From contig CAWDSK010000009.1 in assembly GCA_963804995.1 (NCBI GenBank), forward strand, positions 96,001 to 160,000: a stretch of 64,000 nt of DNA. Direction: 5' to 3'. How positions within the stretch are numbered: the first letter of the stretch is position 1; each line of letters starts with the position of its first letter. This DNA comes from an uncultured Acidobacteriota bacterium (lineage in GTDB: Bacteria; Acidobacteriota; Terriglobia; UBA7540). The notes beneath the pieces were generated by a model. That model did not search any database. It saw only the letters and a list, made by a program, of their open reading frames with translations, and was not told the origin of the DNA. Positions 52,075 through 62,804 of this stretch are shown here, piece after piece. The position numbers were made by a program, and so were the translations under genes.

Positions 52075-52752
52075 CGGGCGAGTTGTCCGACCTATTTCAT
52101 TTTTGGGCTACCGGTAGCCCTAAGGAGCGTTTATCTTATTGACATAGCCCAGTCGATTAAGAGCACAATAGAGATGAGGAAGAATTGTGCCCTGATGCGT
52201 CCAGAAAGCACTCGAAGAACCGCGGGCCCCAAGATCGGGAATCTGCCATGCCCTACCGTGAAGGCCGGTTTTCCTGGCGAACATCTCTCCGTACTACTGA
52301 GATTCTTCGTGAGGCGCGGAGATTTCGTGCCACGGGCAGGTCGGCCATGGCACGGCTTTGGTTGCGGCCACGCCGCGCTGTGTCCTCTGCGTCCCGAAGA
52401 CCAGAGGTTACGGAGAGGCTCTCGGTGAGCGGAGCGCCGTGCCAAGACGTGGCTGAAGTTCTTCCGTATTTCGGAACACAGCGTCCGCTGTTTGTGAAGA
52501 TGTTCATGAAAATAAAGGGGGTTAGGCGTGAGAAGGGGTTTTTTAGCAAAAACCTATCTAGTTGAAATTAAATGAGTTACATTTGCTGCGGGTAAGAAAA
52601 ATAGCGCAAATAATTTCGATCAGGATAGTCTGACGATGTGTATGAAAACAAAGGAAAACAAAAGCGACAATTTGGCAAGTCTAACGATGTTGATGAAAAC
52701 AAGTAAGTTGCGGTTGTTTTGCCACGATGTTTATGAAAAGAAAGGTAGTTAG
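52075..52752 (+). mobile_element. unnamed element, copy 2
   Basis: same left end and AT-rich right-end repeats as 7509-8050. Confidence 0.5.
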
Positions 52753-53113
52753 TGAAGAAAATGGGAAGAAAAATGGACCAAGCCGTCGCCATTCACAAAC
52801 GTACCGATCACCCGATCTCCGGATCACCCGATCTCCCGATCACTAGCCCCCGCCGGCCCACACTTCCCCGCTTCGGTAATCGGTGGGTTTGACGCCAGGG
52901 ATGAGGCAAATTCAGTGGCCCGTGACAAGCGGCTTGACCCCTCACCTGTCCCGCCCCGGCTGGTGAAAACGCCGGCGGCGGTCCACCCTCTCCCCTCGGA
53001 GAGGGCTATGAATTTTCGCCTTGGGCTGATGAAGCGATCGCCCCATCGCAAGATCATCCAATCACGCAATGACCCGATCGCCCGATCTGCCGATTCCGCG
53101 AGGGCTCCGAAGG

Positions 53114-53446
53114 TCAGCGATTGCCCGCAGGCTGGGGGACGGCGGCCACGGGGGCGCTGGCTGGTTGCGTTACCGGCTCTTCCGGCATCACGATCCAGGC
53201 AATGAAGTAGGCGAGAATTCCCCAGCCGGCAAACAAGACAAGCATCAGCCAGACAATTCGCACCACGGTGGGGTCGATTTCCGCGTAATTCGCAAATCCC
53301 GCGCAGACCCCGGCAATTTTCCGGTCCGTACGGGAGCGCGCCAGTTTCTTGGGCGGAGCGGTGGCTGGCGTGAACAGAGCCGTACCGCATTGGCAACAGA
53401 AATTGACGCGTTGGGGATATTCCTTTCCACATTGGGGGCAAAACAT
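53114..53446 (-). CDS. zinc-ribbon + PspC domain protein
   Basis: MFCPQCG..FCCQCG; RSRTDRKIAGVCAG, AYFIAWIVMP. Confidence 0.9.
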   Translation of the reverse strand: MFCPQCGKEYPQRVNFCCQCGTALFTPATAPPKKLARSRTDRKIAGVCAGFANYAEIDPTVVRIVWLMLVLFAGWGILAYFIAWIVMPEEPVTQPASAPVAAVPQPAGNR

Positions 53447-53662
53447 GGTTCGAACCTCAACTTGGAGAATCACTGCTATCTGAGTATACGTCTGGGGAAT
53501 CGAAGAAGTTCCAAAATGCCTCCTCCCCGACACTCAGCTTGCCGAGAGGGTATGATCCGCACGATTTCGCACCCACGCCCAAGATTTTGGGGTAAGATTC
53601 GGCAATCATACAAGGTGCAGTCAAGCGGCGTAGTCTCCTGCCGGCGGCCGAGGAGTTTACAA

Positions 53663-54671
53663 ATGGTTCGGCGATCGCGCAGGCCTCTCACCATTTTCTT
53701 GCAGGGCTCTTCCCTACGACGGCGAGTGGCCTTCAGTCTGGCGTTGGTGCGGCTGATTCTGGTGCCGGTCATTTTCCTGGCGGTTTACTACCTTTTCCGC
53801 ATGGGCTCGATCGTGGACAGCATTGTCAACGTCGACGCCCCGGTGGCCACGGACGCCGAGCGCGCTTCCATCGAGATGCTTGACGCCCGGCGTGCGGAGC
53901 GCAACTACTTCCTGCTGCACGACCCCGCCGATATTGATGCGAACCACGATTACGTCCGGCAGTTGGAGCTAACCCTGCAGACTTGCCGAGCCTTGCAGCC
54001 GGAGGAAAAACCCACTTTTGATGAGCTGCAAGCGCAGATCGCACTTTACCGGAAGAGTTTCAATCACGCGGTGGAGCACCTGGGGCAGAGCAATCTGCCT
54101 CCTATCGAAAGCCTGCGCCGGGTGGTGCGGACGTATCAGAGAGACCTGGATGACGTTCCTGGCACACTCTCGCCGGGAGAGTCCCGCACAAATAATCGAA
54201 ACCTTGCGGGCCCGCATCGGCTCCTTCGACGCGGAAGTTGCGGCCACGGTGCAAGCCGAAGACCCGGAATTTCTCCAGACCGGCCGGGATTTGAATGCCG
54301 CCAGCCAGAAGATCATCGACCTTTCCACTGAACTTGAGAGCCGCAGTTGGCAGCGCGTGCAACATGACCACGAACGCGCCCGCGCCCTGCTGCTTCGCGC
54401 CGAGATCGTGGGAGGCATCATCTCCGCGCTTACACTGCTGGTGAGCATCTGGATCAGCTTCCTGCTGCCGCGCCAGGTCGTGAAGCCGCTGACCGATCTG
54501 AAAGAGGCAGTCGACCACGCGGCCGGAGGAAATTATGAAATCGAGTTCGCTGTGAAAGGCGAAGGCGAAGTCGTGCAGCTTGCCAATAGCGTGCGCAACC
54601 TGATCAGCCACGTGCGGGAGAAGAAAACCAACGGCGACCCTGCGTCGAAAACCAAGGAGGCGAGTGGCTGA
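53663..54671 (+). CDS. two-TM four-helix sensor with HAMP domain, no output domain; frameshift near 54153
   Basis: TM, ARRAERNYFL, TM, VKPLTDL..GEGEVVQLANS. Confidence 0.7.
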
Positions 54672-54914
54672 GGCGAACCCCGGCGCGCCAGGATAGGCAC
54701 TGGGCACCGGGGTGGCCCGCGTCCCGGGAAATTTCGCTGGCGGGTCACGTTAATGTCGTAGCGGCGAGTTTACCTCGCCAATTGGCGGCGGAAGCCGCCT
54801 CCACATCAAATTGACAGACTACGGGAACTCCAAACCCCTTGACGAATCCGCTATTTCGCTTTATTTCTGATACTCCACTTGAACGTAGGGAGTCCTATTA
54901 CATAAGGAGCTGAC

Positions 54915-55379
54915 ATGAAGGGTAAACCGGAAGTCATCGAAGTCCTGGCTAAAATGCTCAAAGAGGAATTGGGGGCCATCAGCGAGTATTTCATCCACGC
55001 GGAGATGTGCGAAAACTGGGGCTACAAGAAGTTGAGCGATCATACCAAGAAAGAGTCCATCAACGAGATGAAGCACGCGGAGACGCTGATCGAGCGAATC
55101 CTCTTTTTGGATGGCACGCCCAATCTGAACGATTTGCCGAAGCTGGCGGTGGGCAAGGACGTGAAGCAGCAGTTCGAAAACGACTTGGCGCTCGAAAGGA
55201 ATGCGGTGATCGAATACAACGCCGGGATTGCGATTTGCCGCAAAGCGGGTGACCATGCCTCGGCCGACCTGCTCCAGGCCATCCTGGCGGATGAAGAAGA
55301 ACACGTCGATTTCCTTGAAGAGCAACTGGGGCTCATCGAACACGTCGGCATTCAGAATTACCTCGCTCTGCAGGTGTGA
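54915..55379 (+). CDS. bfr: bacterioferritin
   Basis: MKGKPEV, EMKHAE, ERILFLDG, DEEEHVD, QNYL. Confidence 0.95.
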   Translation: MKGKPEVIEVLAKMLKEELGAISEYFIHAEMCENWGYKKLSDHTKKESINEMKHAETLIERILFLDGTPNLNDLPKLAVGKDVKQQFENDLALERNAVIEYNAGIAICRKAGDHASADLLQAILADEEEHVDFLEEQLGLIEHVGIQNYLALQV

Positions 55380-55526
55380 AGGTAGCCCCGGCCTCCGTGC
55401 CGGTAAAGGTGAAGTTCCCCGGAATCCTCTGGCGTGGGGGGCCTAGCGGGTAGCCACGGCGACACCGTGGCTACCCCCCCCGAGATCATCAATGAACTTC
55501 TGACTCAGGACGCGAGTCCCGTTCTG

Positions 55527-56975
55527 CTATCCCTTGATAACCCCCAGCGGCTTCAGCCTCGCCACACGGCGCGCCAGGCCCGCGTTGTGCACTACGTCGA
55601 TGACCGCATCGACATCCTTGTAAGCTTCCGGAATTTCTTCTGAAATGCCGTCGCGCGTCTCGGCACGCACGATGATGCCGAGGTCTTCCAGGCGCTGCTT
55701 GGCGTTCTGCGCGTAACTCGATTTCTTTGCCGCCGTGCGGCTCATCACCCGGCCCGCCCCGTGACAAGTGGTGCCAAAGCTTTCCTGCATGGCGCCCTCG
55801 GCGCCCACCAGCACGTATGACGACGTCCCCATCGAGCCGGGGATCAGCACGGGCTGGCCCACGTGCTGGTAGACCTGCGGCACGTCGGGGTGGCCGGGCG
55901 GGAAGGCGCGCGTGGCGCCCTTGCGGTGCACCATGACCTCGCGCTCGCGGCCTTCAACCTGGTGGCGCTCGAGCTTCGCGATGTTGTGGCATACGTCGTA
56001 GATGACACGCAGTTCCTCTTGCTCGCCAAAAATCCGCTTAAACGCCTGGCGAGTGAAGTGCGTGATGCCCTGGCGATTGGCCCATGCATAATTAGCCGCC
56101 GCGCGCATGGCGCCGAGGTAAGCCTGCCCTTCCGGAGACTTCACCGGCACGCAGGCCAGTTGACGGTCCGGCAGGTCGATGTCGTAGCGGTGCATGGCCG
56201 GACCCATGTCGCGCAGGTAATCCGTGCACACCTGGTGGCCGAGGCCGCGCGAGCCGGAATGAAGCAGCACCACAATCTCGTTTTCGTAGAGCCCCAAGGC
56301 CTCCGCGCGGCCGGGATCGAACACGCGCTCTACGTATTGCACCTCCAGGAAGTGATTGCCTGATCCAAGAGTGCCAACCTGCGGCAAGCCGCGCTTCTTG
56401 GCGTGATCGCTCACCGCCGTGGGGTCCGCACCGTCGATAGCGCCGCTTTCCTCGCAGTGCGTCAAGTCTTCGGCGTAACCGTAGCCATGGTCGGCCATCC
56501 ACGCGGCGCCATCCACGAGGAGCTTATCGAGCTCAGGATAGGAAATTCGAATATTGCCGCTCTGCCCGGCGCCGGAGGGAATGTCGCGAAACAACTGGTT
56601 GACCAGCTCGCGAATCTTCGGCCGGACCTCGTCGACACGGAGCGCGCTGCCGAGCAAACGCACTCCGCAGTTGATGTCGAAGCCCACGCCCCCGGGTGAG
56701 ACCACACCGTCGTGGTGCGGGTCGGTGGCTGCCACCCCGCCGATGGGGAATCCGTAGCCCTGATGAATGTCGGGCATGGCGAGCGACCGGCCCACGATGC
56801 CCGGCAGCATCGCCACGTTAATCGCCTGCTCGAGCGAGAGGTCTTTCATCAGATCCTTCAGCAGCCGCTCGTCGGTGAAAATCAGCGCGTCCGTCAGCAT
56901 GCCGGGCTTGGTGCCGCGCGGTATCAGCCAGCGATAATCGTTGAGCTTCTTCAGTTGGTGTAATTCCAGAGGCAT
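55527..56975 (-). CDS. rtcB: RNA ligase RtcB
   Basis: MPDIHQGYGFPIG, DINCG, GSGNHF, HRKGAT, HGAGR, PEAYKD. Confidence 0.96.
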   Translation of the reverse strand: MPLELHQLKKLNDYRWLIPRGTKPGMLTDALIFTDERLLKDLMKDLSLEQAINVAMLPGIVGRSLAMPDIHQGYGFPIGGVAATDPHHDGVVSPGGVGFDINCGVRLLGSALRVDEVRPKIRELVNQLFRDIPSGAGQSGNIRISYPELDKLLVDGAAWMADHGYGYAEDLTHCEESGAIDGADPTAVSDHAKKRGLPQVGTLGSGNHFLEVQYVERVFDPGRAEALGLYENEIVVLLHSGSRGLGHQVCTDYLRDMGPAMHRYDIDLPDRQLACVPVKSPEGQAYLGAMRAAANYAWANRQGITHFTRQAFKRIFGEQEELRVIYDVCHNIAKLERHQVEGREREVMVHRKGATRAFPPGHPDVPQVYQHVGQPVLIPGSMGTSSYVLVGAEGAMQESFGTTCHGAGRVMSRTAAKKSSYAQNAKQRLEDLGIIVRAETRDGISEEIPEAYKDVDAVIDVVHNAGLARRVARLKPLGVIKG

Positions 56976-57132
56976 GGTAATCCTCGGACCAGGGCCGACT
57001 CGCGTGAAATCTGAAGTTGATTATAGCAGGGTGCGACCGCAAGCCCCTGGCTGCCATTGACGCCTGCCCGGCGCAGTCCTACAATCCTCCTGCGTGGCAT
57101 CCCGTGCCCGCGGCACGAAAAGGAGATTTCAG

Positions 57133-57780
57133 ATGAGACTGTTGCGGATAGGTGCACTCGTAGCGGTATGGATTGTTATCTTTTGTGGTCTCTTTACTTG
57201 GACCCCAGGTGGCGCTTCGGCTTGGACGCCCCAAGCCACCGACGCGCAAAAGCAGTTGCCCTTCGGTGACCTGCTCACTACCTACGAACCCAGCAAATCT
57301 TTCGGGGCGCATCAGTTCACGCCCTTTGGCGACAGCAAATTCACCTTCACGATCTCCACCCCCAGCGGCTGGGAATCGCATCTGAGCGAGGTTGACCCCG
57401 ACCAGATCGCGCACGACACCGATGCCGCCGTTCCCATCGCGGAGTTCAGTCCCAGCGGCGCTGACGACGTTGGGATCAACGTGCAGTATATAAAGGTGGC
57501 GGCGGAGAAGTCGCTGGCGACGGTGGTCGATGAGTACGTCAAGGCCAACACCGGCACCGTGGTGACGCGACAGCAGCTTGACTTCAAAGGTCATAGCCTG
57601 GAAGACGCGCTGATGAAAAACAACAACGACGACCTGGGGCCGATACTGACGCGCGTGACACTGCTGCGCCGGGGCACGATCGTTTTCATCTATTCGGGCT
57701 GGTGCGTCGAGGAGAATTACGACAAGTACAAGCGCCTGTTCGGCGCCGTGCTCGAATCCTTTACCCCGGCCGCCAACTAA
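57133..57780 (+). CDS. secreted hypothetical protein
   Basis: signal peptide, AGGAG RBS, ends VLESFTP. Confidence 0.7.
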   Translation: MRLLRIGALVAVWIVIFCGLFTWTPGGASAWTPQATDAQKQLPFGDLLTTYEPSKSFGAHQFTPFGDSKFTFTISTPSGWESHLSEVDPDQIAHDTDAAVPIAEFSPSGADDVGINVQYIKVAAEKSLATVVDEYVKANTGTVVTRQQLDFKGHSLEDALMKNNNDDLGPILTRVTLLRRGTIVFIYSGWCVEENYDKYKRLFGAVLESFTPAAN

Positions 57781-58934
57781 ATTACCGTAGCACGCTGAAA
57801 ATACTCGAACCAGCCTCGCAGCGTACGGTTCACGTCGGTGAGGATGGCCGCCCAGCTCTGCCCGTAGGTCCGTCGGGTTTTACCCCGCATCGTGTCTTTG
57901 AATTTGCCCAGGCTTTTCGCGCGCGGCCAACGCGTGCCCGCCGCGAAGTGATAGCCCAGAAAGTCAAAGCCGCCCGGCAGCCGGGCATCCACGATCCGCG
58001 TCTTCGTGGGATGCAGCGTCAATCCCGCCGAGGCCGTCCAGGCTTGTACCCCGGCCCATGCCGCACGGGCTTCCGCCTCATCGCGACACAGAATCACGAA
58101 GTTGTCGGCGTACCGAATCATCTCGTAGCCCGGCTTGGCCATCTGCTGGTTGAGCGGGTTGAGATAGATATTGGACAGCAGCGGACTGACCACGGCGCCT
58201 TGCGGAGTTCCCTCCTCCGGCGTCCACCCTTCCGCTGTTTCCATCACCTTTTGGGTGAGGAACGCTTCGAGCCGTTCGAGCACCCGGCCATCCGCCACCT
58301 TTACCTGCACGCGGTCGATCAACGCCGCATGCGGAATCGTGTCGAAATAGCTTTTCAGGTCCGCGTCCACCACCCAGTTGTATCCTGTCTGCAACAAGGT
58401 GTCGACCCGGCGCAGCGCGTCCTTGCAGCCCCGATTCGGTCGAAACCCGTAGCTTTGCGCCGCGAAGTCCCGCTCGAAGATCGGCTCCAGCACTGCCCGG
58501 AGCGCCGTCTGTACCACCCGGTCACGCACCGTCGGAATCCCCAAGGGTCGCTTTTCTTTGCTCCCCAATTTGCGGATCCAGTGACGCCGTATCGCCTGCG
58601 GGCGATAGCTTCCCTCCCGCAGCCCGCGCGCCAGCTTTTCCAGGTTCGCCTCCAAGTGGTGCTCGAACTCGGCTACCGTCACATGGTCCACTCCCGCCGC
58701 TCCTTGGTTGGCCTTCACGCGAGCGAAGGCTTGCCGCAAAGTCGGCAGAGCGCAGACCTTATCCATCAGGCTGTACCACCTGCTTCCTTTCACTCCCTGT
58801 TCGAGAGCCGTCAACATCCGTTCCGTCCCAACCTCGGCTTCGACCCAGGCCCATCGAGCCTGAATCTCTCCGGCGGGGGTAGCTCGTTTTCCGAGCACTC
58901 CGTCCGGGGGGGCTTGCGGTGGTTTGTCCGTCAC
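57777..58934 (-). pseudogene. ltrA: group II intron reverse transcriptase/maturase, cut within domain X
   Basis: RPLGIPTVRDR, SYGFRP, GTPQGAVVSPLL, YADN (for YADD), FDFLG, LRGWFEYF then stop. Confidence 0.88.
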
Positions 58935-59291
58935 GTCTCCACCTTCCTGCGCTCCCTTCGCTCCATGGCCGTTACGCCACTTCTTCGCTACTATGGGCGC
59001 TGTGACTCCGGCGTGCACGCGCTCTTCCCGGCCCTTTCCAGGCGGCGGGGGCGGCTCTTCTACACGCCGGTCTCCCTGATTCACGCCACCGGCCTTCCGG
59101 CCATTCTGTCTCCAATCACCTGCGGGCGCTCCGTCTCACCAAGGCACGTTACCTGTGGGTGGATCGGACCAAGACGGCTTCCCTCTATGGGTTGTGCTCC
59201 CTCCGGGAACTCGGGGCTTCGTCCTCAGCTGGCAGACTCGCCGCTCCCCGCCGGCCGAATCGAGTTTCTTATCGTACGGGACCCGCCGCAC
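57790..59291 (-). mobile_element. group II intron, 3'-truncated
   Basis: 5' end GTGCGG at 59291; intron-like CCCATAGTAGCGAAGAAG..GGAGCGAAGGG before ORF; no DV/DVI after ORF. Confidence 0.8.
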
Positions 59292-59365
59292 TTGAGAGCC
59301 GGCCGGCCCTTGCCTGAGCGTGCGGCCCGTCTGCATAAATCAAAAGGAGTAGAGGAGAAAAGAGA

Positions 59366-60187
59366 ATGAACACGTTCACTACGAAAGATGGAACCTTAAT
59401 CTACTACAAGGACTGGGGAACGGGACCGGCGGTCACGTTCTCGCACGGATGGCCTTTGAGTGCCGATGCTTGGGACGCACAAATGTTGTTTCTCGGGCAG
59501 CGAGGTTATCGTGTCATCGCCCATGATCGTCGCGGCCACGGACGTTCGGGCCAGACTTGGCACGGCAACAACATGGATCAATACGCCGACGATCTGGCCG
59601 AGCTGATGAATCATCTTGATCTTAAAAATGCCACGATGGTCGGCCATTCCACCGGCGGAGGCGAGGTTGCCCGCTACATCGCGCGGCATGGGCAGAAGCG
59701 TGTAACAAAGGTCGTTCTGATTGCCGCCGTTCCCCCGCTGATGCTCAAGACGGAGAAGAATCCCGGCGGTTTGCCGCTGTCGGTTTTCGATGATAACCGC
59801 AACGCTGTCGTCAAGGATCGCTCGCAGTTCTTTAAGGACCTGAGTCTCCCGTTTTATGGCTACAACAAACCGGGCGCGAAAGTCTCCGAGGGAGTTCGGG
59901 AAGCATTCTGGTTGCAGGGGATGCAAGCCTCGATCGTTGGCGCCTACGACTGCATCAAGGCTTTCTCCGAAACGGATCAAACTGAAGATCTCAAGAAAAT
60001 CGATGTCCCGGCGCTGGTGATTCAGGGCGATGCCGATCAGATCGTGCCGATCGATGATTCGGGGAGACTGAGTGCAAAAATTATGAAGAATGCGACCCTG
60101 AAAGTGATTGCCGGCGCCCCCCACGGGCTATGCACTACCCATGCGGATGTCATCAATCAGGAACTTCTCGCATTTCTTCAGAAATAG
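59366..60187 (+). CDS. non-heme chloroperoxidase-like alpha/beta hydrolase
   Basis: [34 protein letters not shown]. Confidence 0.92.
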   Translation: MNTFTTKDGTLIYYKDWGTGPAVTFSHGWPLSADAWDAQMLFLGQRGYRVIAHDRRGHGRSGQTWHGNNMDQYADDLAELMNHLDLKNATMVGHSTGGGEVARYIARHGQKRVTKVVLIAAVPPLMLKTEKNPGGLPLSVFDDNRNAVVKDRSQFFKDLSLPFYGYNKPGAKVSEGVREAFWLQGMQASIVGAYDCIKAFSETDQTEDLKKIDVPALVIQGDADQIVPIDDSGRLSAKIMKNATLKVIAGAPHGLCTTHADVINQELLAFLQK

Positions 60188-60264
60188 CCGGTGGCAGCGT
60201 GACGGCGCCTGATGTCTGCTATCATTTCAGCTTCCCTGGAAACTGATGCCTGCGAGGTGTCTCT

Positions 60265-60972
60265 GTGGACTTTGAAGACCGTGTGGCTATGGTAACGGGC
60301 GGATCTGGGGCGCTGGGCAGCGCCGTGACTCAGGATCTGCTCGCAAATGGCGCTCGCGTGGCCGTGCCCTATGCCGTCGAAGGAGAATGGGTAGCGCTTG
60401 AGGATCGTGCCGGCTCGATGCGTGATCGCTTGTGGGGCGCGTCTGTCGATTTGACCAAGGCAGCAGCCGTGGAGCATTTCGCCGCGGACGTCGCTGCACG
60501 CTGGGGAAGGATCGATTTCCTGGTCTGCATTGCCGGTGGATTTGCGGCCGGGAAAATCCACGAAACCAGCGAGGAGAGCTGGGATCGGATGTTCGATCTG
60601 AATGTCAAAACGGTTCACCTCGCCCTGCGTGCCGCCGTACCGGTAATGATCAAACAGAACTTTGGCCGCATCATCACCATTTCGAGTGGAGCTATTCTCA
60701 AGGGAGGCGGGGCCGGCATTGCCGCCTACGCCATCTCGAAGGGCGCCGTTCGCCAGCTTACGGAGATTCTGGCGGACGAACTGAAAGGTCACGATATCCG
60801 CGCCCACTGCATCATGCCCGGGACCATGGACACTGCGGCGAATCGCCGCGATATGCCTAAAGCGGACTTTTCCCAGTGGGTCTCAACCGCCGACGTGGCG
60901 CGCGTCATCCACTTCCTGCTGAGCGACGAGGCGCGGGCCATCCGATCCGTGGTGGTCCCGGTGCTGGGTTGA
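60265..60972 (+). CDS. SDR oxidoreductase
   Basis: TGGSGALG, YAISK. Confidence 0.9.
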   Translation: MDFEDRVAMVTGGSGALGSAVTQDLLANGARVAVPYAVEGEWVALEDRAGSMRDRLWGASVDLTKAAAVEHFAADVAARWGRIDFLVCIAGGFAAGKIHETSEESWDRMFDLNVKTVHLALRAAVPVMIKQNFGRIITISSGAILKGGGAGIAAYAISKGAVRQLTEILADELKGHDIRAHCIMPGTMDTAANRRDMPKADFSQWVSTADVARVIHFLLSDEARAIRSVVVPVLG

Positions 60973-61523
60973 GGCCTGGATCAGTGGAGAGCGGCGGTTC
61001 TGAGAGGAATAACCACCCTGGCGCCCCAGGCGCTACCGTAACCACCCCGGCGCTCGGGGCACTACCCCTTGTAACCACCCCGCCGCCCAAGGCGGCACCC
61101 CTCCTGAATCAGGAGGGGAGTTCCGCTTTAAAGCTCCCCGCCTCAGATGAGGCGGGGTGGCGCTTAGAGCGCCGGGGTGGTGCTGACAAGATAAAGCGGT
61201 GGTGCTGAACAGAGCGTAGCACCGACCTTGAGGTCGGCACGTGTCCCGACAGGTCGGGACGCTACAACCGGGCTGAGCTCAGGCTCAGCGTCGGGGTGGT
61301 GCTGCGCATGGAACAAAGCGGTGGTGCTGAGGAGGGGATAAAGGGGTGGCACCACTAAACGCAGCGACAACGCATTTTCGGGAGACGCTCCCGGCGCCTG
61401 CGAGGCGGCTATCTGGGACATATTTGTCCCACTAGTTGCGCTCCGCGGGGTGTAGCGCGCGAGGTCCCACCAAAAACCGAGGGACTGGGACAAGCAAAAA
61501 GGTCCGGCAGACGGACGGATCGG

Positions 61524-62804
61524 TTAGGGCACAGGCTCGGACTCGAACACAACGCGTCGAGCGGCAAGGGCTTCAAAGGTTTCGTCATCGATGCCGAGCA
61601 ACTCCCGCAAGGCGGACCTCGTGTGCTGCCCCAGAAGCGGCGCGGGCAAAGTCGGGCCACTGGGTGAGTCAGAGAGCTTCACCGGCGTTCCCGTCACCTG
61701 ATGCAGGCCCGCGGCCGGATGATGGAGGGTCGGAAACATCTGGCGGACCTCGCACTGCGGATCCTCCTTCACCTCCTGGAAATTCCGAACCAGGGAACAG
61801 GGAATTCCAGCCGAGCGGAGTTTCCCAATCCACTCGTCAACGGGAAGGCGTAGAAAGATCTCCGACAGAAGAGACTCCAGCGCCTCGCGATTCCGGATGC
61901 GGGCGGCGTTGCTTTCATAATCAGGGTGCTTCTTGAGATCAGGCTGCCCGATAGCCTGGCAGAATGCCGACCAAAGCTTCTCGCTTCCCACCGCGAGCGC
62001 CAACGCGCGATCCTTCGTCTGGAAGACGCGGTAGGGCACTGCCGTCGGGAACGCAGTCCCCATGGGCTTGGGCACGTGGTTCGAACCAAGGAAGCTCATG
62101 TAATTCGAAGTCATGGTCGAAATCATGCCGTCTAACATGGAGACGTCCACAAACTGGCCCACGCCCGTTGTCTCCCTCGCCCGCAACGCCAGCAGGATGC
62201 CGATCACCGCGAACTGACCCGCCGTAACATCAGTCACGCCGTACCCGCAACGGACCGACTCGCCCTCGGCGGTGCCGGTGATGCTCATCAACCCGCTCGA
62301 ACTTTGCACAACCAAATCCATGGTCGCTTCGTCCCGAGACGGGCCTTGCTGACCGTACCCTGAAATGGAACAGTAGACCAGACGCGGGTGGCGCTTGTGC
62401 ATGGGCTCGAAGCCCAGTCCCAAGCGGTCCATGGCTCCGGGGCGGAAATTCTCAACCAGCACATCCATCTTGTCTATCACACGCAAGCAGAGGTCGAGTC
62501 CCTCCGGCTGCTTCAGATCGATGGTCACACCGAACTTGCCGCGGTTCAGCCCGAGAAAGAAACTGGACTCGCCGCCGGTGAACGGGGGTCCCCAACCGCG
62601 GCCCATGTCTCCCTGAGGAGATTCCAGTTTGTAAACGCGCGCCCCGTAGTCGGCGAGAAGCATCGTGCAATAGGGGCCGGCCAAGGCGTGGGAGAAATCC
62701 AGGACGTGGATTCCCGCGAGAGCCGCCGCCGGATGCGAGGCGCGATTCCCGGATGTAGGTGCGTCACAGTCCATGAGTGAATGAGTCCCCTGGTCAGACG
62801 ACAT
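61524..62804 (-). CDS. CaiB/BaiF family III CoA-transferase
   Basis: LAGPYC, NRGK, ENFRPG, SISGYGQ, LGQHT. Confidence 0.93.
   Translation of the reverse strand: MSSDQGTHSLMDCDAPTSGNRASHPAAALAGIHVLDFSHALAGPYCTMLLADYGARVYKLESPQGDMGRGWGPPFTGGESSFFLGLNRGKFGVTIDLKQPEGLDLCLRVIDKMDVLVENFRPGAMDRLGLGFEPMHKRHPRLVYCSISGYGQQGPSRDEATMDLVVQSSSGLMSITGTAEGESVRCGYGVTDVTAGQFAVIGILLALRARETTGVGQFVDVSMLDGMISTMTSNYMSFLGSNHVPKPMGTAFPTAVPYRVFQTKDRALALAVGSEKLWSAFCQAIGQPDLKKHPDYESNAARIRNREALESLLSEIFLRLPVDEWIGKLRSAGIPCSLVRNFQEVKEDPQCEVRQMFPTLHHPAAGLHQVTGTPVKLSDSPSGPTLPAPLLGQHTRSALRELLGIDDETFEALAARRVVFESEPVP

Noticed and set aside
52496..52752. CRISPR array
   Set aside because: Repeats are degenerate and irregularly spaced, and no cas genes are present; the same applies to 7921-8050.
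55527..56975. RtcB as part of a new RNA-repair system
   Set aside because: Stand-alone gene; no rtcA, rtcR, archease, Ro or tRNA-like neighbour.
57777..59084. DGR, retron or defence RT
   Set aside because: It has a group II 5' end and maturase motifs; no template/variable repeat pair or effector gene was seen.
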